From Patescibacteria group bacterium (lineage in GTDB: Bacteria > Patescibacteriota > Minisyncoccia > Phycocordibacterales > PALSA-1337), in contig JAGXAG010000003.1 of NCBI GenBank assembly GCA_018971685.1, positions 24,366 through 88,365 on the forward strand: 64,000 nucleotides of DNA, given 5' to 3'. A program made the translations under genes and the position numbers. Below the pieces are notes generated by a model. It searched no databases and was not told where the DNA came from. It saw nothing but the letters and a program-made list of their open reading frames with translations. Shown here piece after piece: positions 1-12,788 of this stretch (positions are counted from its first letter, which is position 1; every line of letters starts with the position of its first letter).

Positions 1-67
1 GGGCTAGCCATTAGTGATTAGCCACTAGTTACGAAATATGTATACAATCATAACACTGTTCTATCTC

Positions 68-373
68 TCATTCATCGCCATGATCCTCATGGTCTGGCTG
101 AAGGGCCATGAATTGAGAACTGGCCGGCCGACGGTGGTCTCGAGGCTTGGGCGGGGCAGCGATCACTTTTTCATAACCGTCTACCTCGCAATCAGGCGCG
201 CTGTTTCCTATGTTAACAAGCATACATTCATTGCTCTGGTGCAGTGGGTAGCATTCCACATCCTCCTGCGTGTCCGGCGCGTATACGTCGAGATCAAACA
301 TAGAATACTCCAGAACCCTCACGGCAAGCGCATGATAGACGCGGTGCGCGGCCGCGGCGAGATCAAACATCAC
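68..373 (-). CDS. hypothetical protein (acidic, Cys-containing); low-confidence call
   Basis: 101-aa ORF from the track with GAGG about 7 nt upstream of its ATG on the minus strand. No recognisable family. The overlapping + ORF 38..415 is an equally unsupported alternative. Confidence 0.25.
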   Translation of the reverse strand: MMFDLAAAAHRVYHALAVRVLEYSMFDLDVYAPDTQEDVECYPLHQSNECMLVNIGNSAPDCEVDGYEKVIAAPPKPRDHRRPASSQFMALQPDHEDHGDE

Positions 374-445
374 GGCGCCTCGTTCTACTTGAGGCGGATT
401 GCGGAGGGCAATTAAATAGTTTACAGTGAAAAGTGATTAGTTTGC

Positions 446-521
446 GCCACCTTAGCTCAGTTGGTAGAGCACCGCTTTTGTAAAGCGGCTGTCCTCGGTT
501 CGAGTCCGAGAGGTGGCTCCA
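446..521 (+). tRNA. tRNA-Thr (anticodon TGT)
   Basis: 76-nt cloverleaf read by hand. Acceptor GCCACCT/AGGTGGC, D stem GCTC/GAGC, anticodon stem CCGCT/AGCGG with loop TTTGTAA, T stem CTCGG/CCGAG with loop TTCGAGT, discriminator T and an encoded CCA. Confidence 0.85.
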
Positions 522-548
522 AAGATCATTTTTTGTTAAAATTAACAA

Positions 549-770
549 ATGATTAAACCGGGGATTTACAAGCATTCCAAAACAGGTCATGAATACAGGG
601 TTCATTTTACTGCCAAGCATTCGGAGACATTGGAGAACTTGGTAATTTACGAGGCTTTGTACGATAATAACAAATCAAAATTCTGGGCAAGACCGGCGAC
701 AATGTTTACGGAAGGGGTCGAAATTGATGGCAAGAAAGTTCCGAGATTTCAATTTGTAAGAGAAAATTAA
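549..770 (+). CDS. DUF1653 family small protein
   Basis: 73 aa, [30 protein letters not shown] motif pattern typical of DUF1653 proteins. Confidence 0.6.
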   Translation: MIKPGIYKHSKTGHEYRVHFTAKHSETLENLVIYEALYDNNKSKFWARPATMFTEGVEIDGKKVPRFQFVREN

Positions 771-790
771 TCGATCAACTGACGAAAACC

Positions 791-1933
791 ATGCGACACA
801 CAATAACGATAAAAGATCCGGCCGAGAATGAAATGCGGGCAATATTGGAAAAGCGGGACGATTTCAAGAGTTTGCGGATAAAGAAATTGCTGGCACTGCC
901 GGACCTGACCAAGAAGCCCAATTCGCCGGTAAAAATCCTGTTTGACAGAATATTGGAATTGCCAAGATTCAGAGACTTCGATATCGTGGAATTTCCGAAA
1001 ATCGTGACCGTGGAGCAGGATTTCGATCTGCTCAATACGCCCAAAGATCATCCCAGCCGCCGCGAAACCGACACTTATTATGTCACCGATAAATATTTGT
1101 TGCGTACCCAAATGACCGCCTTTTGGTCTTTTTATTTGAAAGACGAGGAAGTATTGAAAAGATTGGAGACTGAAGGCGAGATAAGGGCATTATCGCCGGG
1201 CATTGTCTACCGCAAGGACGAGATAGACCGCCATCATTTTCCGGCTTTTCACCAAATCGACGGTCTGCTTATCTGCAAGAAATCAAAGAAAGTAATTGAT
1301 CAGAATGAATTGAAAGCTGTGCAAGTGGACTTGGCCCAAGGCATATTCGGCAAAGACATAGAATATAAATTCTTAGATGATGATTTCCCGTATACGGTGG
1401 AGAGTCTAGAAATGGACATAAAGTTCAACGGTGATTGGCTAGAAGTAAATGGTGCAGGACTGGTCAACCCGGTCGTGCTCGAGAATTTCGGACTTGACCC
1501 GGAAGTTTACAACGGCTGGGCTTTCGGCTTTGGCGAGCGGCTGGCGATGATCAAGATGGGCATACCGGACATACGCATCCTCTGGTCTGACGATCAGAGG
1601 ATCACAAGCCAATTCAAAGACATTGATTCGAAATTCAAAGAAGTCAGCAGATATCCGGCGGTGGTGCGCGACATTTCATTCGTAGTCGATTCCAATGTCG
1701 CCTTGAACAATTATTTTGAGATTGTGCGCGAGATCGGCGGCAATCTGATCGAAGAAGTGAAGCTCACCGACAAGTATGAAAACGCCGAAAAGTTCGGCAA
1801 AGGGAAAATCAGTTACACTTTCCGCATAGTTTACCGTTCTTTCGAGCGCACGCTCACCAATGAAGAGGTTAATGCCATACACGCAAAAATTCAAGACAAA
1901 ACAATTAAAGAATTGGGTGCGACAGTGAGATAA
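791..1933 (+). CDS. pheS: phenylalanine--tRNA ligase, monomeric mitochondrial-type (PheS catalytic core fused to a C-terminal FDX-ACB anticodon-binding domain)
   Basis: Class II motifs are present. Motif 1 region is DHPSRRETDTYYV..LLRTQMTAF, motif 2 is VYRKDEIDRHHFPAFHQIDGL and motif 3 is GWAFGFGERLAMIKMGIPDIRILW. The C-terminus SRYPAVVRDISFVV..IVREIGGNLIEEVKLTDKY..YRIVYRSFERTLTNEEVNAIH matches the FDX-ACB domain of monomeric PheRS and PheT C-termini. Confidence 0.8.
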   Translation: MRHTITIKDPAENEMRAILEKRDDFKSLRIKKLLALPDLTKKPNSPVKILFDRILELPRFRDFDIVEFPKIVTVEQDFDLLNTPKDHPSRRETDTYYVTDKYLLRTQMTAFWSFYLKDEEVLKRLETEGEIRALSPGIVYRKDEIDRHHFPAFHQIDGLLICKKSKKVIDQNELKAVQVDLAQGIFGKDIEYKFLDDDFPYTVESLEMDIKFNGDWLEVNGAGLVNPVVLENFGLDPEVYNGWAFGFGERLAMIKMGIPDIRILWSDDQRITSQFKDIDSKFKEVSRYPAVVRDISFVVDSNVALNNYFEIVREIGGNLIEEVKLTDKYENAEKFGKGKISYTFRIVYRSFERTLTNEEVNAIHAKIQDKTIKELGATVR

Positions 1934-2179
1934 AAATTATTACGACACATTCTTTCGTGGTTGTGAGCTTGCACGATTCTTTCTAAGGAGTACAATTCAG
2001 GCACAAATCAACCAATACACTGCGTTGGACATCAAACAATTGCAACAACCTAAATCTTAGAGATTTGGCTCTATAGATTCTACACTCGATTTTCTCAAAG
2101 AACAGACGGCCATTTTTGTAAAGACTGTGAACAAGCTCGTGAAATAAACGCGATGTGTATAAGAAATATTCCGTAATAG

Positions 2180-4384
<2,205 letters not shown>

Positions 4385-4451
4385 CATATTTGACAGATAA
4401 TGACTAAGTTTAAATTGAGAGGATAGGCCCAGAAATAAACTAAATATAATA

Positions 4452-5732
<1,281 letters not shown>

Positions 5733-5927
5733 TTATAGTTTTGGCAGCAATAACAAGTAATTAATAAACAGATATTTTTTTGGCTGGTTTAATTGCAGAA
5801 CTATTTTCTATGGTTGTCGATATTGATTTTTATTTTCGTGGTGAGAAAATGGGAGCATGGAAGCAATAACGAAAAATCGTATTGTTCAAAAGACAAGAAA
5901 TTCGTAAGGCCATCGAATCTTACTCAA

Positions 5928-8861
5928 ATGCAAAATGACGCCAAGGCCGAAACAACTTTTGAATCGCTGTACAAATCACTGAATCCCGCGCAAAAGCGGG
6001 CGGTTGACGCTATAGAGGGGCCGGTAATGGTCATCGCGGGACCGGGGACCGGCAAGACTACTATACTCACTCTGCGCATCGCCAACATTTTGCGCGAGAC
6101 CCAAACCGCGCCCGACAGTATTCTGGCGTTGACCTTTACCGAATCCGGCGCTTACGCCATGCGCCGCAAACTGGTCGAAATTATCGGCGCGGCCGCTTAT
6201 AGGGTAAATATACACACATTTCACGGTTTTGCGTCCCAAATCATCGAAAAGTATCCCGATTATTTTCCGAGAATTATCGGGTCGACGATCATTACCGAAT
6301 CCGAACAATTCAAAATCGTCGAAAACATTATCCGGTCCAAGAAGATAAAATTATTGCGCCCGTACGGCGACCAAAATTATTATGTCGGTCCGATTTTGAG
6401 AGAAATCCAGATTCTCAAGAGGGAAAATATTTCCCCGGCGCGATTGAGGTCACAAATAAAATTGGAAATGTCCGGAGAGCCGATGAACGGGCGAAAAAGC
6501 GATACGGAAAAAGAAAAATTGGAAAAGCAAAATGCCAAGAACATTGAGCTCGCCTATGTATACGATCAGTACGAAAAAGCGCTTGCCAAGAATAAGTATT
6601 ACGATTTCGAGGATATGTTGCTCGAACTCATTCATGCCATGGAAGACAGTCCCGAATTCAAATTGATTTTGCAGGAAGAATACCAATACATTCTCGCCGA
6701 CGAGCACCAAGATGCCAATACTGCGCAAAATCGCATATTGGAATTGCTCTCCGATTTCCATCAATCACCAAACTTGTTCATCGTCGGCGACGACAAACAA
6801 GCCATTTACCGCTTCCAAGGCGCCTCGCTCGAAAACTTCCTCTATTTCAAGGAAAAATACCAAGGCGCCCAAGTTATCGACCTGGAGCATAATTATCGTT
6901 CACACCAAGGGATTCTGGATGCCGCCCACAGCTTGATAACGAAAAATCCCACTATCCCCGGCAGAGAACGCAAGAAACTGATTTCGCTACAAATGGGCAG
7001 CGCCCCGGTGTTTGTCATCGAATGTGCCACCATTAATGACGAACTTGAATGTGTCGCCGGACTGATAGATAAAATGATTAAACGAGGCAAAAAAGCCGAG
7101 GAAATAGCGATATTATATCGCGACAACAAACACGCCGAGCCCATAAGCGCCGCTCTGAAAGCGCGCGGCGTCGAGCACAGGATAGAGTCGGACTACGACA
7201 TCATGGCCGAGCCGGATGCCGTGAAAATAGTCATATTGTGCAAAGCGATCCGCGATCCGTCAGACAGTGAAGCATTGGCCGGAGCGTTTTTCCTGCCGGA
7301 ATTAGATCTCGATTCTGGCGAAGTCGCCGAAGCGTGCAAAGAATCGACGATGAATAAACAACCGCTTTACAGAATCGTAAAGAAATATTCCCAGCTCAAC
7401 AAAGCATATGAGAGAATTGCCAAATGGAATGGTGAATCGCAAACCGCGCCTTTTCCGCAATTCTTGCAGAAATTGATCCAAGAAACAAATATGATCGCTT
7501 CGGTCGTATCCGCGCCGAATTCGCTTTCGCGGCTCGACGCGGTTCAGTCATTTTACGACCATGTCGAAAAAGCCGCGCGGTCAAAAAAGACTTTCTATCT
7601 GAAAGACTTCATCGAGCAAATCGATGTCGCCAAAGAACACGGCGTTAAAAGCAAGCGTAACTATGCCGAGTTTGAAGGCGGCGTGCGCTTGATGACCGCG
7701 CACCGCGCCAAAGGTCTTGAATTCGACCATGTCTTCATCATCCATTGCGACGACGGCGTTTGGGGCAACCGTTCGGCGCGGAATCTTTTCCATATTCCGG
7801 CGATCGAGCATGCTCGCAATTCAGGCCGCATCGAGGATGAACGGCGGTTGTTCTATGTGGCGATGACCAGGGCGCGCGAGGCCGTGCACATGATTTATTC
7901 GCTATCAGACGGCGAAAGAGAGATGATACCGTCGCAATTCTTGTCGGAAATAGATCCGGCGCTAGTCGCTTTTGAAAAGCTCGGAGTTGATAGCATTTCG
8001 GCGCACACTTACCGGTTGTTTCAAAATCCGGAACAGATGTGCGAAGTTTCTATCCTGAAGCCGGAATTCGTCCGCGCCAAATTCCTGGCACAGCCATTCT
8101 CGGTGACGCATTTGAACAATTACCTCGAATGTCCCTGGAGGTATTTTTTCGTGAATTTGATCCGCGTGCCGCAAACCGAAAACAAACATCAGATGTACGG
8201 CACCGCAGTGCATGCCACTTTGCGGACACTTTTTGATGCGTACAAAGAGGGCAGAGATCTCGGCAAGAAGCGTTTGCTCGATCTCTTCAAGCACAATATC
8301 GAAAAACAGCCGATGGGCGCGGATGACAGGCGCGAATCGCTTGAGAAAGGCAAAAAAGCGCTGTCAGGATATTACGATGAATACAGCGGCAAATGGAATG
8401 TCAGATTGATCACGGAGTATGCGGTTAAGGGGACTGAATTGGCGTTTGGCAACGGTCAAAAACTCCAACTCACGGGAAAACTTGATAAAATCGAATTTGC
8501 CGACGATAAAAATGTAACAGTGGTTGACTACAAGACGGGCAAGCCCAGGTCCAAGAATGAAATAGCGGGCAAGACGAAGGAGGGTGACGGCAATTACATG
8601 AGACAGCTGATCTTTTACAAATTGCTGTTAAGCGATTCCAGACTGAAGATGAGATACGGCGAAATAGATTTTGTTGAGCCAAATGTCGGCGGAAAATACA
8701 AGAAAGAACGATTTGAAATCAGCGATGAAGAAGTAGTCAAACTAAAGAAGCAGATCGAAAAAGTCGCACAGGAGATCGCCGCGTTGAAATTCATCGGCGA
8801 AAAATGCGATGACAAAGATTGCGAATATTGCAAACTCGGGAAGTTGCTGCGTGATAAGTAG
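5928..8861 (+). CDS. UvrD/PcrA-like SF1 helicase fused to a C-terminal RecB/Cas4-like PD-(D/E)XK nuclease with a 4-Cys cluster
   Basis: Walker A AGPGTGKTT, UvrD motifs and a UvrD_C region (RLMTAHRAKGLEFD..LFYVAMTRAR). The C-terminus has CPWRYFF, a DxK core (VVDYKTGKP..YMRQLIFY) and CDDKDCEYC. The track ORF starts at TTG 5793 with a hydrophobic extension. ATG 5928 (MQNDAKAETTFESLY) is preferred. Confidence 0.75.
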   Translation: MQNDAKAETTFESLYKSLNPAQKRAVDAIEGPVMVIAGPGTGKTTILTLRIANILRETQTAPDSILALTFTESGAYAMRRKLVEIIGAAAYRVNIHTFHGFASQIIEKYPDYFPRIIGSTIITESEQFKIVENIIRSKKIKLLRPYGDQNYYVGPILREIQILKRENISPARLRSQIKLEMSGEPMNGRKSDTEKEKLEKQNAKNIELAYVYDQYEKALAKNKYYDFEDMLLELIHAMEDSPEFKLILQEEYQYILADEHQDANTAQNRILELLSDFHQSPNLFIVGDDKQAIYRFQGASLENFLYFKEKYQGAQVIDLEHNYRSHQGILDAAHSLITKNPTIPGRERKKLISLQMGSAPVFVIECATINDELECVAGLIDKMIKRGKKAEEIAILYRDNKHAEPISAALKARGVEHRIESDYDIMAEPDAVKIVILCKAIRDPSDSEALAGAFFLPELDLDSGEVAEACKESTMNKQPLYRIVKKYSQLNKAYERIAKWNGESQTAPFPQFLQKLIQETNMIASVVSAPNSLSRLDAVQSFYDHVEKAARSKKTFYLKDFIEQIDVAKEHGVKSKRNYAEFEGGVRLMTAHRAKGLEFDHVFIIHCDDGVWGNRSARNLFHIPAIEHARNSGRIEDERRLFYVAMTRAREAVHMIYSLSDGEREMIPSQFLSEIDPALVAFEKLGVDSISAHTYRLFQNPEQMCEVSILKPEFVRAKFLAQPFSVTHLNNYLECPWRYFFVNLIRVPQTENKHQMYGTAVHATLRTLFDAYKEGRDLGKKRLLDLFKHNIEKQPMGADDRRESLEKGKKALSGYYDEYSGKWNVRLITEYAVKGTELAFGNGQKLQLTGKLDKIEFADDKNVTVVDYKTGKPRSKNEIAGKTKEGDGNYMRQLIFYKLLLSDSRLKMRYGEIDFVEPNVGGKYKKERFEISDEEVVKLKKQIEKVAQEIAALKFIGEKCDDKDCEYCKLGKLLRDK

Positions 8862-8880
8862 GCTGGAAAGGCACCATCTG

Positions 8881-9633
8881 TCAATTTTGCGATAACAGCG
8901 CGTCTATGGCGGACTTGATGGTCTGATACGACTGCGCTCCGACCAACGGAATCTTCGTGCCGGAAGGAGTGATCAAGACGGAGAAGGGCGTGCCGGAGAC
9001 GCCGGCGTTCAAGCCGTCGGTATAATCGGCTTCCACTTTGTTTTTGAATTGGCCGCTGGACAGGCAGTCGCTGAAAGCGCTTTGATCCAGGCCGGAATTC
9101 TTGGCCACAGCAAGAAGCATCGCCTGATCGGTCGAAGTGGAATCGACTGCGCCGTTTTCGGGAATGGTGTTATACCAATTTTTCTCGAAAGCCCAGAATT
9201 TGTCATTGCCGCCCAGGGACGCGGCGCATTCCATGGCTTGGGCTTCATGTCCGGCGTTTTTGTGCAATATGTTGCCGTTTTGGTCAGGCTTATCGAGCGG
9301 GAAATGACGATAGATCCAGGCAACTTTGCCGCCGGGACCGTAATCACTCATGATTTGTTCCATGGTGGGGTTGAATAATTTGCAATAAGGACAGGACGGG
9401 TCGGAAAATTCGACGATTTTTATCGGCGCGTTGGGATTGCCAAGAATATGGTCTGCGGCGGTCACCGGTCTCATGTTGATCTGCGCTATTGTTGGTTGCC
9501 CAGTGGCATTTTGATTTTGCGTCGGGGCGGCCGCCGGCTTGTTGACCCAAATTATAGCTATCGCCACCAATGCTCCGGCTACGATAATCGCCGCCGGTAA
9601 AGTCACTAATGAAGAACGGGGTTGTGATTCCAT
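8881..9633 (-). CDS. DsbA-like thiol:disulfide oxidoreductase, membrane-anchored
   Basis: N-terminal TM helix, thioredoxin fold with a CPYC active site (SDPSCPYCKLF), DsbA/BdbD-like length. Confidence 0.7.
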   Translation of the reverse strand: MESQPRSSLVTLPAAIIVAGALVAIAIIWVNKPAAAPTQNQNATGQPTIAQINMRPVTAADHILGNPNAPIKIVEFSDPSCPYCKLFNPTMEQIMSDYGPGGKVAWIYRHFPLDKPDQNGNILHKNAGHEAQAMECAASLGGNDKFWAFEKNWYNTIPENGAVDSTSTDQAMLLAVAKNSGLDQSAFSDCLSSGQFKNKVEADYTDGLNAGVSGTPFSVLITPSGTKIPLVGAQSYQTIKSAIDALLSQN

Positions 9634-9649
9634 GATTTTATGTTAAAAA

Positions 9650-10225
9650 TTAAAATGGTAAGGTGAAAGTCATCATGCTATGCACTGGTACTTCCCAGTG
9701 AGAAGTATCAAGTTTTACTTCTTTGATTGTACCATTATCTCTGTATTTGAGCGAATTGTTGGCCAATGCGTATTTGTAAAGCTCCTTGGTTATACGCACA
9801 TCGTCGATGCAATATTTTACAACTTTGTCTGTCTCGCCGTTATTCCACCAGACAATGGCGTCCATGCCGCTACCGCTCTTGTTCTCGCCCAAGGTTGCCG
9901 CGGCAACGGTATCGAGCTTCAATCTTCGGCCCAATGATCTCTGTACTTCTTTCATCATATCGACATGTTTTATTTTGCCGAGGTCGCCCGGATAGTATTT
10001 GTTCAATATCGGCAGGTCGAAATGTTCGCCGTTCCATGTGATCAATATGTCCGCTTGTTCCAAGATGGGCCACAGATTGCCGAGCTCGTTCTCGAAGTAG
10101 TGTTTGTACTGATCGTCTTCGGAATCGTGCGCGCAGATCACGGACAAGTCAAGATCCGCCGGATCGTTCGAGCCGACATCTTGGAAAGAGTTCTTTGTTT
10201 CCAGATCAAAGGTGATTTTTCTCAT
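9650..10225 (-). CDS. RNase H-like 3'-5' exonuclease domain protein (YprB/PolB-exo-like)
   Basis: DEDD-type acidic motifs FDLET, WNGEHFDLPIL and YCIDDV. 191 aa. Overlaps the hisS stop by 4 nt, consistent with operon context. Confidence 0.55.
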   Translation of the reverse strand: MRKITFDLETKNSFQDVGSNDPADLDLSVICAHDSEDDQYKHYFENELGNLWPILEQADILITWNGEHFDLPILNKYYPGDLGKIKHVDMMKEVQRSLGRRLKLDTVAAATLGENKSGSGMDAIVWWNNGETDKVVKYCIDDVRITKELYKYALANNSLKYRDNGTIKEVKLDTSHWEVPVHSMMTFTLPF

Positions 10226-11505
10226 AAGACAAATTCACTTTCTGCCGTAACGGTTTCATCGCCGGATTTCAGATCTTTGACGCGAAACCTGCCGGTTTTG
10301 GCTTCTTCGTCGCCGATACAGATAATCTTGGGAATGCCGCGCTTGTCGGCCCAAGCTATCTGGTCACCAACTTTTCTGTCCGTTAGGTTGGTAGATACAT
10401 TTATCCCCTTGGCACGGAGCCTGACTGCTAATTCTTGGGCATTTGGAATGAACTTTTCTTCCAGGGTACAAATATGGATTTCGGTCGGATTTTTAATGTC
10501 GGGTAATAACTTGTGAGTTTCTAGGAAGTTTCGAATGGTCACATCGCCCATACCAAAACCGACTGCCGGTATTCTGTCGCCCCCGAATAGGGAAGTGAGG
10601 TCGTCATATCTGCCGCCGCCAAAGAGCGAACGCTTGTTTTCCGGATTGGTGTCGAATATCTCGAACACTACGCCGGTGTAGTAATCGAAGCCGCGAACAA
10701 CGGTGGTCAAATCTATCCGCGCATTAGTGATACTCAAATTTTCAAGTCTCTTAATTATCTGTTTAAGTTTTAAATTCAATTTCTTGTCTATCGCCTCCCA
10801 ATCAATTCCTTTTCCTGAAACGATCTCCGGCGTCAGATTCGTATCAATCTCTTTTAGCCCCCTCATATATTTTTCCGGATCTTTATCTTTTGTATCTAAC
10901 AGGCGGAAGAGTTTTTTCTTGTTTTCTTCGGTTTTCGTAAAATCGCCGAGCTCTACCGCTAACCAATCAAGCCATCTGCGGTCGCCAATCTTAATTGAGA
11001 AATCCTCATCTTTTGCCCCGAAATTTTTCATTATTTGATGGGCCAGAGAAATTATTTCTATATCAGCCTCTATTGAATCAATTCCAAACAAATCCACATT
11101 CAACTGCCAATGTTCTCGTACGCGACCTCGTTGAGGTTGTTCATATCTGAATAGATTGGGTATTGAATACCAGCGTAAAGGCAGTCCCAATTCACGGCGT
11201 TTGGCAGTTACCATTCGGGCGACCGTCGGAGTCATTTCCGGACGCAGGGTAACCTCGCGGCTGCCGCGGTCGGTAAATGTATAGGTCTGCTCGTTGACGA
11301 TCTCTTCGCCGGTCTTGGCGCGGTAAAGTTCGGCCGGTTCGAGAACGGACGCGCCGTATTCTTCGTAACCGTATTTCTCGCAGATATTGCGCCAGACGCC
11401 GAATATGCGCTTTTGTATGGCCATGTCTTCCGGAAAGAAATCACGTACGCCTTTGTATGGCTCGGTCGAGAGTTTCTTTGCCTTGTTCCGGTCGCTATTT
11501 GTCAT
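10222..11505 (-). CDS. hisS: histidine--tRNA ligase
   Basis: 427 aa. HisRS signatures RPEMTPTVARM, LRWYSIPNLFRYEQPQRGRVREHWQ and GGGRYDDL, with a C-terminal anticodon-binding domain. Confidence 0.9.
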   Translation of the reverse strand: MTNSDRNKAKKLSTEPYKGVRDFFPEDMAIQKRIFGVWRNICEKYGYEEYGASVLEPAELYRAKTGEEIVNEQTYTFTDRGSREVTLRPEMTPTVARMVTAKRRELGLPLRWYSIPNLFRYEQPQRGRVREHWQLNVDLFGIDSIEADIEIISLAHQIMKNFGAKDEDFSIKIGDRRWLDWLAVELGDFTKTEENKKKLFRLLDTKDKDPEKYMRGLKEIDTNLTPEIVSGKGIDWEAIDKKLNLKLKQIIKRLENLSITNARIDLTTVVRGFDYYTGVVFEIFDTNPENKRSLFGGGRYDDLTSLFGGDRIPAVGFGMGDVTIRNFLETHKLLPDIKNPTEIHICTLEEKFIPNAQELAVRLRAKGINVSTNLTDRKVGDQIAWADKRGIPKIICIGDEEAKTGRFRVKDLKSGDETVTAESEFVL

Positions 11506-11538
11506 GCTTATAGTCTATCAAAAAACGCGAGAATTTTA

Positions 11539-11573
11539 CACATGTCGGACCTGTGGCATATGTCCGACATGTG
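11539..11573. promoter_or_regulatory. 12-bp perfect inverted repeat CACATGTCGGAC / GTCCGACATGTG in the hisS-pilB divergent intergenic region
   Basis: Read directly. Each arm contains the recurrent GTCGGAC core. A related copy lies upstream of the major pilin gene at about 15883..15901. Confidence 0.45.
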
Positions 11574-11646
11574 AAATCTGTTGACGCGCAAGCAGGATAG
11601 GGGTGTTATCATTCCGTTATCGTTTTATCATTAAATTGTTATCGGT

Positions 11647-11665
11647 TTGTAATCAGATTGTAATC
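11647..11665. promoter_or_regulatory. direct repeat TTGTAATC-N3-TTGTAATC (11-bp periodicity) upstream of pilB
   Basis: Read directly. The homologous TTGTAATC-N3-TTGCAATC lies upstream of the pilin gene at 15952..15970. GTTATC repeats flank it. Confidence 0.4.
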
Positions 11666-11683
11666 TCGGACGCGTATAATGCG

Positions 11684-12784
11684 ATGGTGCAAGAAATTCA
11701 AGCCGACAACGCAGTGACTGCCATAGACACTTTGCTTGAACGCGCGGTTAAAACGCGCGCGTCAGACATACATATTGATCCGCGCGATGACGATACCATG
11801 GTTAGATTCCGGATAGACGGCGTGATTGAGCCGATAGGCGCTTTGCCGGCGCGACTGCACGAAGAAATGATTGCCAGGTTAAAGATATTGTCCGGCTCAC
11901 GGACCGATGTCCACTTTATGCCGCAAGACGGTCGATGGAAAGCTAATGTGTCCGGCGAAGACTACAATGTGCGTATATCATTCATGCCTACTTATTACGG
12001 CGAAAACGCGGTTATCCGATTATTGCCGTCCCGGGCTGCATCCGGCATATCGTTCGCCAAGCTCGGATTCACGCCCGAACATGTGAGGATTATAGCCAAA
12101 ACACTCGAAAAACCGAGCGGCCTGGTCTTGGCGACAGGTCCGACCGGTTCCGGCAAGACAACCACGCTACATGCCTGTTTATCGCTGAAAGCGCGCGAGC
12201 CGCTGTCGATAATCACGCTGGAAGATCCGGTTGAATATGAAATCCCCGATGTGCGCCAAGTCCACATCCGGCATGATTATGGAGTGACTTTCGCTTCCGG
12301 TTTGCGCGCCGCCTTGCGGCAGGATCCGGACATCATCATGGTCGGCGAAATTCGCGACAGCGAAACCGCGCGCGTGGCGATACATACGGCCCTTACTGGT
12401 CACCTGGTTTTTTCCACGCTTCATACCAATTCCGCCATGGAAGCCATTCCACGGCTTCTCGACATGGGAGTTGACCACTACTTGTTGGCTTCGACGCTCC
12501 GCCTGTTGATCGCCCAGCGCCTGATACGCGACACTTGCCGCGAATGTTTCGCCGGAGGTTGCGAGTGTTGCCGGAATACCGGCTATTCCGGGCGCTCAGC
12601 CATCGTCGAAGTTTGCGAAGTAGACAATCATATGAGAGAGATGATAGGTGCACGCGCGCCCTTGTCGGACATCGTCGAATCCGCACATAACAATGGTTTT
12701 CGCGGCATAGAAGAAGACGGAGCAGAAAAGGTCGATTGGGGGGTGACAACTAAGGAAGAAATCATGAGGGTTTTGTATTTGTAG
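11684..12784 (+). CDS. pilB: type IV pilus assembly ATPase (PilB/GspE family), short form
   Basis: Walker A GPTGSGKTT, Asp/His boxes and a C-terminal tetracysteine-like region, matching the GspE/PilB family. The track start GTG 11603 lies inside the conserved upstream element. ATG 11684 is preferred. Confidence 0.85.
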   Translation: MVQEIQADNAVTAIDTLLERAVKTRASDIHIDPRDDDTMVRFRIDGVIEPIGALPARLHEEMIARLKILSGSRTDVHFMPQDGRWKANVSGEDYNVRISFMPTYYGENAVIRLLPSRAASGISFAKLGFTPEHVRIIAKTLEKPSGLVLATGPTGSGKTTTLHACLSLKAREPLSIITLEDPVEYEIPDVRQVHIRHDYGVTFASGLRAALRQDPDIIMVGEIRDSETARVAIHTALTGHLVFSTLHTNSAMEAIPRLLDMGVDHYLLASTLRLLIAQRLIRDTCRECFAGGCECCRNTGYSGRSAIVEVCEVDNHMREMIGARAPLSDIVESAHNNGFRGIEEDGAEKVDWGVTTKEEIMRVLYL

Positions 12785-12788
12785 AAAA

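Noticed and set aside
38-415. 125-aa + ORF at the window start
   Set aside because: The hydrophobic N-terminus is followed by an Arg-rich tail with no family resemblance. It overlaps an equally weak minus ORF, and neither can be supported. The minus ORF is listed at low confidence only.
5793-5927. Hydrophobic 45-aa N-terminal extension on the helicase-nuclease (TTG start of the track ORF)
   Set aside because: The UvrD-like helicase N-terminus aligns from MQNDAKAETTFESLY (ATG 5928). The extension looks like read-through of intergenic sequence.
11603-11683. GTG-initiated N-terminal extension of pilB proposed by the ORF track
   Set aside because: The extension translates the conserved upstream regulatory element (GTTATC/TTGTAATC repeats) that is also present upstream of the pilin gene. 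ATG 11684 begins the conserved PilB sequence.
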